Of a stretch of 64,000 bases of DNA, positions 26,534 through 36,194 are shown in pieces (the stretch's first letter is position 1; every line of letters starts with the position of its first letter). Under the pieces are notes generated by a model. The model saw only the letters and a program-made list of their open reading frames with translations, did no database searches and was not told where the DNA came from. The DNA is from Escherichia phage PhaxI: the sequence record JN673056. One strand, 5' to 3'. The position numbers were made by a program, and so were the translations under genes.

Positions 26534-27961
26534 TCATGCCGCTTCCAACAACACCAAAATATTTTCGATATATGCTTTCTGGATAGCATAGACTTCAGCC
26601 AGTGTATTAGCGACTTTCTTGTCTGTGCGTACTTCAACGAGACGTGGAAGGAATAGAGACTTCATGGCGTCATCGGTTTTATCCTGTACGCCATTAGAGA
26701 GCACGGCGGCAATCTTACCAATGAAGTCCTCTTGGTTTTCCCACATTCGTAGTCTCAACTCATCTGAGATCCCCGATACGCCAACAACTAAGAGGCTATC
26801 AGAGGTCTTGCAGAGGAGAGATCCAAATGTCTTGGCGTGCTTCCCTTTCTTATCGGCCTCGTTGAAGCCAACGATTTCAAGGTCACATTCTACTTCCATT
26901 TTTAGCTTTAACCCTTCAGATGATGTTCCATCTTCCCAAGGCATATCTGCGGCCTTACAAATCGTGCCTTCTTCCCGACGAGCCAAAGCGTCTTTGAAGT
27001 GTTCGACAGCTTCTTCAAATGAATGAACAACACGGGTTTCTTGAACCTGAACCAGTCCGTCATCCCCTTCGAACAACTGTTGTATAATATCAAAACGGCG
27101 CTCATATGGGGTGTCCACACGCTGAGCATTGAACCAATTATCATACGGCACAACGTCCCATACCCGATAGATCACCTTGTAACGATCTTCCAGGGGTTCA
27201 CCCGTTTGGATAACACTGTTGAGCTTACCATTGCCGATAGCCCGAGGCAACACTGTATTCGTTTTCAGATCAATGACGAGCAGTTCACCATGGAAGACGC
27301 TTTCACCAATCCCCGCATCGTAGATCAGGTCTTTGAAAACCAATGATAGGTTATCAACGGAACCACCCGCAATAAGAGAACCGGAACGAGAACGAATCTC
27401 TGGGTCTCTTCCATAACGACAGATGATGTTGGCAAACATGCCATCTGACTTCAGCTGGCTGAAGACGCCGCGCTTGAAGTCCATCTTCTTCAGCAAGTCA
27501 ATCGTCATGTTATCATAACGGTGATATGGAAGGATATTAATCAGACGCCCTGTACCACCTGCTGCGTTGAATGCTGCGTTTATACCTTTCTCGGCAATTC
27601 CCGCTTTGATGTCTCTGTCGAGTATAATTTGTATCAGGGTATGGTAATCCGGATGGATGTTGGTCGCGGCCTTCGCAAGTTCTTGATCTGCCTTCATCCC
27701 ACCGATCTTGCGTTCGGCCATCATATCAAGAACGTCATAAACCTGATCCCAGCTACCGACAACGCCGCGCGAGAGCATGCGAGGGAATGCGTTTAGATTG
27801 AATTGAGTGCGGTAATAAGAACGCATCGGATCGTAGACGTATTGAAGGAAATCAACCAATTCTGGGTTGTTTCTGAACGCCTCGGTCAGCACAGCTTTCT
27901 TGGCGTTGGTGCCTTTGGTATCGCGAAGATTTTGAATTATTTCTAAAAGAGGAAGCATCAT
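26534..27961 (-). CDS. 30: ATP-dependent DNA ligase
   Basis: 475 aa; adenylation motif I KSDG (QLKSDGMF), motif IV-like EGTICK, motif V-like LLCK; size like T4 gp30. Confidence 0.75.
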   Translation of the reverse strand: MMLPLLEIIQNLRDTKGTNAKKAVLTEAFRNNPELVDFLQYVYDPMRSYYRTQFNLNAFPRMLSRGVVGSWDQVYDVLDMMAERKIGGMKADQELAKAATNIHPDYHTLIQIILDRDIKAGIAEKGINAAFNAAGGTGRLINILPYHRYDNMTIDLLKKMDFKRGVFSQLKSDGMFANIICRYGRDPEIRSRSGSLIAGGSVDNLSLVFKDLIYDAGIGESVFHGELLVIDLKTNTVLPRAIGNGKLNSVIQTGEPLEDRYKVIYRVWDVVPYDNWFNAQRVDTPYERRFDIIQQLFEGDDGLVQVQETRVVHSFEEAVEHFKDALARREEGTICKAADMPWEDGTSSEGLKLKMEVECDLEIVGFNEADKKGKHAKTFGSLLCKTSDSLLVVGVSGISDELRLRMWENQEDFIGKIAAVLSNGVQDKTDDAMKSLFLPRLVEVRTDKKVANTLAEVYAIQKAYIENILVLLEAA

Positions 27962-28014
27962 GTGTCTCCAGGGTTATTCGTCATGCTATTATAACCCTAG
28001 AGACTTCAATAGAT

Positions 28015-28401
28015 TTATTTGCTGCGTCTTTTTCTGTTGTTCGGTGGTGTGGCAGAGGTGAAAGATTCCTTCCAACTCTTGAATTTTTCAATCAGGGATT
28101 CTTTCCCCATCTCACCGTTGGAAACATCATGGATATAAGCAAATGCGTCATACCCATATCCTGGTAAAGCAGAACAGATTCGAAGGCGAACCAAAGATTC
28201 TCCCACAGAAACCAAATAATGATCGCGACGATCATTCAGAGCATAATGATTGTCATGGAATTTGTCGATAACAACACAGTTCTGGGGTTCGGCGTCAATT
28301 GCCAGCCCGTTGGCTTCGCTACCGCCGCGCCCAAGGGTGCATCCTGGGAATAATGTTTCTACAAGTGTGGTCATAGTCTGATCCTTCTGTAAAGTTCCCA
28401 T
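28015..28401 (-). CDS. hypothetical protein
   Basis: 128-aa ORF; GRGGSEANGLAID glycine-rich segment. Confidence 0.4.
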   Translation of the reverse strand: MGTLQKDQTMTTLVETLFPGCTLGRGGSEANGLAIDAEPQNCVVIDKFHDNHYALNDRRDHYLVSVGESLVRLRICSALPGYGYDAFAYIHDVSNGEMGKESLIEKFKSWKESFTSATPPNNRKRRSK

Positions 28402-28421
28402 GCATTATATGGGTAAATCGT

Positions 28422-28841
28422 TTATTGAAAATCGTGATGGCCGTATGCGCCCTCTTCGGCTTCATCGCGTTCAGCTTCTCTTATCTCAGCCTTTGAAGCC
28501 CCAAGGACTCTGAGCTGGCGAGAACTGAACAGAGGATAGTCCATTCCGTCGAATCGGATATAACCACAACCCGCCTTATTGAGTTTGTCCATCTGCTCTT
28601 CAGTGAGGCCAGCAGAAAGGCGGACAGACTCTTTCCGCAAATCAGAAAGGATTGCCTGCGCCGATTTAGGTCGCTTGCCATTCAGGGACCGGTCTGTTGG
28701 GGTATCTTTACGACACCCAAAGGTCTTCCAGTAGGCGGCGCAAGACTTAGAACAGAACAACCCCCAGCCACGGTCAATGTCGGCCTGGCGAACCATCTTC
28801 TTGTTCGGACAGCATTTGCATTGGATTTCAACTTTTGACAT
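28422..28841 (-). CDS. hypothetical Cys-rich zinc-ribbon protein
   Basis: Start trimmed to ATG at 28841 (MSKVEIQCKCCPNKK...) with GGGGTG upstream; CKCC...C..C clusters. Confidence 0.4.
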   Translation of the reverse strand: MSKVEIQCKCCPNKKMVRQADIDRGWGLFCSKSCAAYWKTFGCRKDTPTDRSLNGKRPKSAQAILSDLRKESVRLSAGLTEEQMDKLNKAGCGYIRFDGMDYPLFSSRQLRVLGASKAEIREAERDEAEEGAYGHHDFQ

Positions 28842-29181
28842 TGTGACACCCCAGAGCTTTGCGGACTTTTTCACGGTCATATGTATCGACCTGAATTGCT
28901 TCACGATTAATCCGACGCCTGTGATGTCGGGTGAGCGCTTTATACACGGCCTTGGCCTCATGGTATGGCAGACAATCGAAACAAAAACCGATATCGACTC
29001 TATACCCTGCGCTGCTATTGACTGTATATGCACATACCCTTACGCCGTTATAGATGACAGCATCGATACCGACAAAGCGTTCACCATTCCATTCAACGTC
29101 ATCAGCGTCGATGGCATCAATAAGACAACGGATTTCGACGCTTAGGGGTTTCCCCAACAACCAGTTAAAATATTTGCGCAT
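28828..29181 (-). CDS. hypothetical protein
   Basis: 117-aa ORF. Confidence 0.4.
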   Translation of the reverse strand: MRKYFNWLLGKPLSVEIRCLIDAIDADDVEWNGERFVGIDAVIYNGVRVCAYTVNSSAGYRVDIGFCFDCLPYHEAKAVYKALTRHHRRRINREAIQVDTYDREKVRKALGCHNVKS

Positions 29182-29182
29182 G

Positions 29183-29395
29183 TCATTTACTCATCAGTGA
29201 AAGAAGATTGACTTTATCTGAACGTGCGTTTGGTGAGTAATGCACGTCCTGAGAGTGCCTCTTACAGCACGGACAATCCTTGGTGGCAATTACACAGGGA
29301 GCCTTATCCACGGCATATCCGGCTTCTTCGGCTTCCTTCACGGTGTTAAATGGCAAGTATGCACTTGTGCCTTGCCCTCCGCATGAACATTCCAT
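29183..29395 (-). CDS. hypothetical Cys-rich protein
   Basis: 70-aa ORF with CSCGG...C...CPCC. Confidence 0.35.
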   Translation of the reverse strand: MECSCGGQGTSAYLPFNTVKEAEEAGYAVDKAPCVIATKDCPCCKRHSQDVHYSPNARSDKVNLLSLMSK

Positions 29396-29595
29396 TAGAA
29401 ATCCTCCTTGGTAATGAAGAGCAAATCAGATTTCAGATTTTGGCGCTTGACACGGCGGACATGTCGATGCTCCTTTTTAATACCGTCTGAACGTTTTGAT
29501 TTAGAGCGGCGATTTTTGTATGTGTCCGCTGGGTACTTGTCATGGCCTGGACAACAAGATCCAGGGTAGTAAACATCCAAGATTTCCCGTTTCAT
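29395..29595 (-). CDS. hypothetical basic protein
   Basis: 66-aa ORF with GSCCPGH and a lysine/arginine-rich tail. Confidence 0.35.
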   Translation of the reverse strand: MKREILDVYYPGSCCPGHDKYPADTYKNRRSKSKRSDGIKKEHRHVRRVKRQNLKSDLLFITKEDF

Positions 29596-29711
29596 TAACG
29601 TTTCCTCTTAAATGGGATGATCAGGGCTATGATTAACAGCATAGCTGTGATCACTCCGCATGCGATAAGACCGAATGCAAATGCTTTCAAAACAAATTGT
29701 AAAAGAATCAT
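29595..29711 (-). CDS. small hydrophobic peptide (about 38 aa, not in ORF track)
   Basis: Hand-translated MILLQFVLKAFAFGLIACGVITAMLLIIALIIPFKRKR; start overlaps the upstream stop (ATGA) and its stop overlaps the next start (TAATG). Confidence 0.3.
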   Translation of the reverse strand: MILLQFVLKAFAFGLIACGVITAMLLIIALIIPFKRKR

Positions 29712-30901
29712 AATTTCCTCAGTTTTGCCCTTGTAATCTGAGTTTGTTTAATACCTTTGAATTCGGTCAATTCTTTGACACGACCTCGAATGATCATATC
29801 GCCTTCTAAAAACTCGGTTTCCATATAGGAAGTCTTCCATGTAATGGTATTGCCTTCCTTGGTTTTGAAAGTATACAGATACGTGTCACCATAATCAGAT
29901 GAATACAGGAAAATCCTTGCTTCAAATTTGACCTGTGCTTCTAACATTTCACCAACTTCACCAACCCAATTTGATACAGTGCGCGTTTGGCGGGGGGTGT
30001 GGATATAATCATAATACTTTGCTGCTCCCCAACGAACTGTTGTTGAGTCTTTAACAAGGTGATAACCAGGTTCGCACATACGTTTCAGCCGGACGTTGAA
30101 ATCGTTATTTTCAGACAACGATGCGATGAAAAGCATCATATGATACATCTCTGATTGAGCATCTTCACGGGCTTTAACAGCCTTGTTATAGAATATATCA
30201 ATGTCAGAACCTTTCTCCGGACGAGTCCCGCTAGAGATATGACCAAGAACTCGACCAAAATCATCACTTTTAATGCTCATTCCCGACAGCAAAACCTGAA
30301 AGCATTTACACAAATATCCTTCTGTGTCAACATAATCTGGTTCATTAACCCGATAAATCCCTTCTGGGTCATCTTCATCGGGGGTAAACATTTCGTGAAT
30401 AGACATGTAATAAGACATAACCGCATCAAGGGATTTCTGATGCGGGACATAATGATGCATACAGCTGCTACCCACGAGCATCTGTGCGCCAGATTGTTCG
30501 TTACGAACGACATATGTGTTATGACGACGCACAGATTTGTTGCAATGCTCGCACCAAGATACGTTTTCAGCTTCAAATCTTTGAATGAAATTTGGGTGGA
30601 TGTCATCTGACAGTTTATTCAGAATGACTTTTGGATACTGGTGGTTGAATTGTCCAATGATACTCCACCCACCATAAGAAACGGGGCGGTCGATGCCTTC
30701 ACCAGTTAGAGTACAATCTTGCCACCAACGATAAAATTTTTCGCCAGTGATAGAATCGCGGTGTTGTGTTTTGTATGGTTCACTGAACTCAACAAGAGGA
30801 AACTCGAGATTCAGGCGGTTTGCCGTTCTTTCAAGTTTGGCAAGACGTTCCTTGACACGACCAATATTATCAATTGGGATGCTGAAGGTCTTGGCTTTCA
30901 T
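29708..30901 (-). CDS. hypothetical protein
   Basis: 397-aa ORF, first gene of a tightly packed minus-strand operon; no motif recognised. Confidence 0.5.
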   Translation of the reverse strand: MKAKTFSIPIDNIGRVKERLAKLERTANRLNLEFPLVEFSEPYKTQHRDSITGEKFYRWWQDCTLTGEGIDRPVSYGGWSIIGQFNHQYPKVILNKLSDDIHPNFIQRFEAENVSWCEHCNKSVRRHNTYVVRNEQSGAQMLVGSSCMHHYVPHQKSLDAVMSYYMSIHEMFTPDEDDPEGIYRVNEPDYVDTEGYLCKCFQVLLSGMSIKSDDFGRVLGHISSGTRPEKGSDIDIFYNKAVKAREDAQSEMYHMMLFIASLSENNDFNVRLKRMCEPGYHLVKDSTTVRWGAAKYYDYIHTPRQTRTVSNWVGEVGEMLEAQVKFEARIFLYSSDYGDTYLYTFKTKEGNTITWKTSYMETEFLEGDMIIRGRVKELTEFKGIKQTQITRAKLRKL

Positions 30902-31018
30902 TTTTGCCTCTCATGATGTAGTGAAACTTTTCAATGTAGGTTAAATGATAGCCGCAAGTTTTATTGAAGTAAAGTTTTATTGAAGTAAAGCCCAACAAAT
31001 GTTGGGCTTTAACCGATA

Positions 31019-31321
31019 TTATTCATCCGTGCGATCAGGCGCGGCGTTAGGATACAGCGACTCATAAAGATCCTGGTATTTGGCGCTGGTCTCGATGGTC
31101 TTGGTATAAGTTCCACCAGCGCGATCGGTAACGACTTTGCGCAGATCAACGGCTTTGATGCCTGTTTCTTTTGCCAATTCAGCCAGGGCTTCGGTAACAA
31201 AGGTCTGTTCAGACTTGATACGGATCTGGGCGGCGCGACAATTTTCTAAAGTCTGCATCATCTTTTGACGCAGTTTTGGATCAGAAGGGAGTTGATAAAA
31301 ACCAATTTGTTCAACTGACAT
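31019..31321 (-). CDS. hypothetical protein
   Basis: 100-aa ORF. Confidence 0.4.
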   Translation of the reverse strand: MSVEQIGFYQLPSDPKLRQKMMQTLENCRAAQIRIKSEQTFVTEALAELAKETGIKAVDLRKVVTDRAGGTYTKTIETSAKYQDLYESLYPNAAPDRTDE

Positions 31322-31333
31322 AATATATCCTCA

Positions 31334-31666
31334 TTAATGACGAGAACCGAGTGGACCGATACTGGTTCCCAAACGGCGCAGGAAGAAATAAACGATACTG
31401 TGAAAACCAAACTTAGGAATAATATCAACGCCTTCAACATTGTAATATTCCTGAGTGTTGGTCTGTACTGGCAACGGAAAAGACGGAAGATCAAGCTGAA
31501 CCAATTCACCTGGTTCGCAATGTATCTTGACATTCTTACCCCAATACCGACGATTCTTATAAAATTCTAGAGTCTGCTCTGTAGTGAGTTTGAGACTGGT
31601 TTCTCCAGACTGGCACACCTGTTGTGCCGCCCGAATCAGGTCAGCTATAAATGCAACATCCGACAT
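31334..31666 (-). CDS. hypothetical protein
   Basis: 110-aa ORF. Confidence 0.4.
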   Translation of the reverse strand: MSDVAFIADLIRAAQQVCQSGETSLKLTTEQTLEFYKNRRYWGKNVKIHCEPGELVQLDLPSFPLPVQTNTQEYYNVEGVDIIPKFGFHSIVYFFLRRLGTSIGPLGSRH

Positions 31667-31729
31667 GATGTGCTCCTGGGTTAATATTCAGATCATAGAG
31701 ATTATACCCTATGATCACCATTATTGAAG

Positions 31730-33160
31730 TTAACCGAAATTCCAATTATTCACGGTCTCGGCTTTCTTGACATCATTTGCGTCGCCTGTTTTGTTTAAGT
31801 CATGTTTGATATGAACATTCTCAACATAACGGGCTTCCTCTTCTGTCAGGTCTCGCTTGACTTCATTCCAATCCAAGTCAAACAATATCTGTTTATCTTG
31901 ATCCATACCGAACAAGAACGATTTGAGTTTCTGTTTATTGGCATAACGGTTTTTCAAGATAGACGCTCGGGCTTTCTTAACAGCCGCCAGTTCATCAGGG
32001 GCATAGAACGCCATGATGAAGTCTGCAACCTTCGGAATACCGATAGCATCTGCCAGGTCGCTAATATCACCATCAGTCGCCGATTGTTTTTCACGGTTAA
32101 ATTGCATACCTGTCCATACAGGGCAATCAAATTCAAATCCAAGCGCACGGAATTCACGCGCCACCGACGTATAATACACGTTGGTGTTCTGCATTAAATG
32201 GGCAGGAAGGCGAGAAGACGCTGATTCACCCAAGTAGTCTATAATAATGACGTCCGGCGTAATTCCCGTGGATGTCGCATAATCAAGGATATCGCGGCGA
32301 TATAGTCCTGTATGCCCAGCGCCTGAAGGATATTCCTTGATAACAATATCACCCTTCATGGAACCGTCTTGACGAGTTCGCAACTTTTGTATCGTGGCGA
32401 CATATTCATGTCGTGAGAGCTTCTCTAAGGACTCGAAGTCCCTGCGCATCATACGGGCATCAAGGCGGTGACGCCAGACGTTCTCAGCCACTTCTAGGGT
32501 GAATACGAATACGTTCAACCCTTGCTCGGAGTAACCAGCAGCCAAATCAATCAGAGTTGTTGTCTTACCCGCATTAATTGCACCCGTCACGATGTTCAGC
32601 GTTTTCTTACCAACACCACCACGAGTCGCTTTGTTGAATATCTCTACAGCGAAAGGAATCTTCGCTTCATTAGAGTTCATGTGGTCGTATTGTTGTTCAG
32701 CCATTTCCCAATAGATATGGCCAAGATAAGAATCAAAACTTATCGCCAACGCCTCTTGTAGGAGAGTTGGAATCGTGTTCATCTCATCTTTACGTTTCTC
32801 ATCACCATAGATGTTGACGGCGTGTTTGATCGCATTATGAACAGCTTTCTGCCGCGCCCAACTTTCTGTTTCTTTTACAAGCCATTCCTGATGGAATGTG
32901 TTGTCATTGATATTCTCAAGAGCAGAAATAGCTTGTTCAAATACGTGTTCGTTGAGCGAAGTCTTTTCCAGCATAATAGACAACGCTTCAACCGAAGGAC
33001 GAGCATTATATTCGCAAGTGTAATGGTCAATGAGACCGAATATAATTTTCTCGCCTTCGTTATCGAAATAATCGGCTTTCAAATACGGCTGGATCTTTCT
33101 TTGATATTCTTCGTTATAGATTAATTGGGAAAGCACGACAGATTCGAGTAACATTGGCAA
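31730..33160 (-). CDS. 41: replicative DNA helicase (DnaB-like, gp41)
   Basis: 476 aa; Walker A GAINAGKTTTL; size and domain order like T4 gp41. Confidence 0.85.
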   Translation of the reverse strand: MPMLLESVVLSQLIYNEEYQRKIQPYLKADYFDNEGEKIIFGLIDHYTCEYNARPSVEALSIMLEKTSLNEHVFEQAISALENINDNTFHQEWLVKETESWARQKAVHNAIKHAVNIYGDEKRKDEMNTIPTLLQEALAISFDSYLGHIYWEMAEQQYDHMNSNEAKIPFAVEIFNKATRGGVGKKTLNIVTGAINAGKTTTLIDLAAGYSEQGLNVFVFTLEVAENVWRHRLDARMMRRDFESLEKLSRHEYVATIQKLRTRQDGSMKGDIVIKEYPSGAGHTGLYRRDILDYATSTGITPDVIIIDYLGESASSRLPAHLMQNTNVYYTSVAREFRALGFEFDCPVWTGMQFNREKQSATDGDISDLADAIGIPKVADFIMAFYAPDELAAVKKARASILKNRYANKQKLKSFLFGMDQDKQILFDLDWNEVKRDLTEEEARYVENVHIKHDLNKTGDANDVKKAETVNNWNFG

Positions 33161-33490
33161 CTACCCCACCAAAATTTTGTTGTAATCCTGAGCATTTTGC
33201 TGTATCAGATCAACTAAGATATCCCCAGACACCACAGTGAACAAGTCATTTTCTTTCAAATTAACAAATAACAAACGCCATGGTTTCTTCAATATATCTG
33301 TTGTAAAGGATAACCGAGGCTCTCCATTGTCTAAATGGACACCCACTTTCCCTATACGAAATTGAACGCCGCGGAATTTGCCTTCCGTTATTTCGATTAT
33401 TGCTAACTGATCAGAACCAGGGTCGATGATTTTGTAATTAACGGGGGAGTCTCCTCCCCCTGCAATATTACTCGGTTGTTTTGATGACAT
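33161..33490 (-). CDS. hypothetical protein
   Basis: 109-aa ORF between uvsX and gene 41. Confidence 0.4.
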   Translation of the reverse strand: MSSKQPSNIAGGGDSPVNYKIIDPGSDQLAIIEITEGKFRGVQFRIGKVGVHLDNGEPRLSFTTDILKKPWRLLFVNLKENDLFTVVSGDILVDLIQQNAQDYNKILVG

Positions 33491-34553
33491 TATCGAGGCG
33501 CTCCAGCATATCTGCAGGCATAACCGAACTCTGAGAGATACCGAACATGTTGTTCACATCGTCAACAAAGTCTGGGTTTTCCAGCAGCGGATACCAGAAG
33601 TCATCCCCCAGCTCTGCCTTACGATATTTCTTTTCTTTTTCTGGATCAAACCCGCCTTTGGCAGTGCGTTGATACCAAGAACCACTCACCAAATCCACAT
33701 ACCCCAGCATGCGCGCAATTTCTAACATACCGGACCAACGGTCAATACCGCCTTCATACAACACAGTGACAGGGAACTTGGCTTTTTCACGGACAAAGCG
33801 GCCTTTCATAATGTTGACTGTAAACTGCCATCCCAAAAGGTCTTTGTCTTCTTTAACTTGAGAACGCGTGATGAACCACAATTGGTTAGAAGACAGGAAC
33901 CCCTGTTTACCGCCTTTGATGTTCGGCTCGGCGTATTGGTTCCCGATTTCATCATAGTACGAGTTGATCCATACCAAAACGAATTTCTTTTCAGTGACCA
34001 ACGGGGTGATAACACGCCAAAAACTATTGAGAGCGCGAGCGCGGGTCATATCTTGCGTGTCTTTGCCCGCGATGGCATCATCAACTTCTTTGGTAGACGG
34101 CAACTGGCTGATTGAGTCAATGAATACGATGATCTTGTCACCTTTCTGTGCATCGTTCAGAAGCTGTGTCAGCTTGATCTTCGTCTTTTCAACGTTTTCA
34201 ATCGGCAGATACAAGACACGGTCCATGTCAATACCCATAGATGTCCAGTAGTTTTCATTCGCACCGCCTTCTGAATCCGCGAAGATACAAATTGCATCAG
34301 GAAACTTATCCATGTAAGCCTTAACATCCACCAGCCCAAACATGGTTTTGAATGTACGAGAATCCCCCACCAACTGTTTGATGCCTGATATCAGACCACC
34401 ATCAATACGACCGGACCAGGCCAAATTCAGAATAGGAATACCCGTACTGCAAATAATGTCAGGCTTCAGCGCATCGGTCTTTGACAGCACTTCGGCATTC
34501 GGGTCCAGTTTCTTTGCTGTCTTGAGCATGCGAGCCATCAATGAATCGGCCAT
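33468..34553 (-). CDS. uvsX: RecA-like recombinase UvsX
   Basis: 361 aa; Walker A-like GDSRTFKT; segments FIDSISQLPSTKE and KFPVTVLYEGGIDRWSGMLEIA resemble T4 UvsX as recalled. Confidence 0.8.
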   Translation of the reverse strand: MADSLMARMLKTAKKLDPNAEVLSKTDALKPDIICSTGIPILNLAWSGRIDGGLISGIKQLVGDSRTFKTMFGLVDVKAYMDKFPDAICIFADSEGGANENYWTSMGIDMDRVLYLPIENVEKTKIKLTQLLNDAQKGDKIIVFIDSISQLPSTKEVDDAIAGKDTQDMTRARALNSFWRVITPLVTEKKFVLVWINSYYDEIGNQYAEPNIKGGKQGFLSSNQLWFITRSQVKEDKDLLGWQFTVNIMKGRFVREKAKFPVTVLYEGGIDRWSGMLEIARMLGYVDLVSGSWYQRTAKGGFDPEKEKKYRKAELGDDFWYPLLENPDFVDDVNNMFGISQSSVMPADMLERLDNVIKTTE

Positions 34554-35068
34554 TTCGTTTCCTCTTGCTTGTTGATCGTAATTAATAAATCGGTGCCCAA
34601 GACTTTCTTGGACAATATATTGATTGCTTCATGAATCGCCATTATTGACGGGAGTTTTTCATCGTTAATTTCGGAACCCCCGCGTTCTGTTAAATACATA
34701 TTACGCAGACGATTGTGCTGTGCCCTGTTGACACAAGAAACATTCAATGCGATATTCAGGATATACATCATTTGTTCAGTTGTAACATCCTTTGGAATAG
34801 CATGAACATAATATATCGCATCTTCAAAATAGATATGCTGTAATGACTCTGGAATTTCTTCCCCGCCAAAAGCAAAATCTTCAATGCGTTTAAAAAGTGT
34901 TTCCGGCTCTGGTGTTGTAATATGTTGCGTTACAGTAGCCGCACCATCTGGTTCTTTGTTGAATTTGGTCGCGATAACGACATGTCTGCCAGGTTTAATA
35001 AACTCAGCAAAGTTCTGTGCCATTTGCGGGGCGTGTTCCGCGTAATATGATACGACGACTGTAAACAT
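34538..35068 (-). CDS. hypothetical protein
   Basis: 176-aa ORF. Confidence 0.4.
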   Translation of the reverse strand: MFTVVVSYYAEHAPQMAQNFAEFIKPGRHVVIATKFNKEPDGAATVTQHITTPEPETLFKRIEDFAFGGEEIPESLQHIYFEDAIYYVHAIPKDVTTEQMMYILNIALNVSCVNRAQHNRLRNMYLTERGGSEINDEKLPSIMAIHEAINILSKKVLGTDLLITINKQEETKWPIH

Positions 35069-35613
35069 TAGAACTCCAGAGTCAAAGGGGTTTCCGCGGA
35101 CTTATCATAGTTCGCACCGCCAGCAGCACGTAGACGATTGCGATCGTTCTTGCGCTTGTGGGCCAGCATGTAGGTCTCAGCATCCAGCCCCAAATATCCG
35201 CAAGCCGCTGCCAAGAAGGTAGCCAAAACATTCCGAAGAGGGTGTGACATGAAATACGTGAACAGTTCAGTCACTTTCCTGAGGTCGTGAGGGGTTTGAA
35301 TTGGCTGCGCCTGAACGAATCTCACCATTTCGGGAATATCGTGTGGTTTGTCTTCCTCCTGCAGGACAGCACAGAGCATGAAGTGAACAACGTCCACCAA
35401 CTCGTATATGGCATCCACTTGTCGCCAATGCTTACCACCCCCATAGATCTTCCAGTCTATGGTTGTTTCGTCTAGAAACTCTGCCCACTCACGATAGATG
35501 GAGTTTGCTATCGCCACTTCGGTCCAGCGCTTCTTCCACTCTTCCCCAAAATAGGCCACGTTGGTGGCCTTTTGAAGTTCGAGCAGACTTTTAATATGCT
35601 CTGCTGTGATCAT
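35068..35613 (-). CDS. all-alpha NTP pyrophosphatase (gp56 dCTPase/dUTPase-like)
   Basis: Segment YELVDVVHFMLCAV resembles the ELVD..HF helix recalled for T4 gp56 / MazG-like NTPases. Confidence 0.45.
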   Translation of the reverse strand: MITAEHIKSLLELQKATNVAYFGEEWKKRWTEVAIANSIYREWAEFLDETTIDWKIYGGGKHWRQVDAIYELVDVVHFMLCAVLQEEDKPHDIPEMVRFVQAQPIQTPHDLRKVTELFTYFMSHPLRNVLATFLAAACGYLGLDAETYMLAHKRKNDRNRLRAAGGANYDKSAETPLTLEF

Positions 35614-36194
35614 TTCCGATCCCTATAAAATTTGACGAACGGTTGCCAACCTTCAAACGGATTGACAAATTCATAATCAACTTCCATCTTATCAATGAAA
35701 GCCTCAATGTCATCCTCTATGATACCACCGCGATCCGCCTTTGAAATGCGGGTGATGGGACATTTAGTGCTCAGCGCCCATTCATATTCCTGAGGGGTGC
35801 GCAAATCACTCACGATATAATGAACGTGTGGGTTCTGTTCCACCAAAGGAAGTTGATATCGTTTAAAGAATGACAGAAACAGGTCTGGTTGTACGTAACG
35901 CAAGCCCGTATCGCTGCCGAGATGAAGCCAGATCTGCCTTGGGGTTAATCCCTTGGGGTTATCTGGGTGAACATATGGCAAGTCCTTGATGTCGTCCTCC
36001 ACCTCCGCTGGTAGCCATGGGTAGATGAAATTGGCGACACGTCGCAGTTCATCTGAGAAAGACAGACGACGAATATCCTTATCACCCTGAATATGATGAA
36101 ACCTGATCAGGGACTCCAAACAGAAGTCCTTGCCGGAGCGCTTGCGCCCCGTGAAGAATTCAAGGTTCTGGTACATCATTCGCCATACCCCCAC
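35610..36194 (-). CDS. 1: deoxynucleoside monophosphate kinase (gp1-like)
   Basis: P-loop FFTGRKRSGKD resembles T4 gp1 LSGVKRSGKD. Confidence 0.65.
   Translation of the reverse strand: MGVWRMMYQNLEFFTGRKRSGKDFCLESLIRFHHIQGDKDIRRLSFSDELRRVANFIYPWLPAEVEDDIKDLPYVHPDNPKGLTPRQIWLHLGSDTGLRYVQPDLFLSFFKRYQLPLVEQNPHVHYIVSDLRTPQEYEWALSTKCPITRISKADRGGIIEDDIEAFIDKMEVDYEFVNPFEGWQPFVKFYRDRK

Noticed and set aside
26619-27026. 135-aa plus-strand ORF
   Set aside because: Antisense to the DNA ligase gene, whose identity is supported by catalytic motifs; no initiation signals
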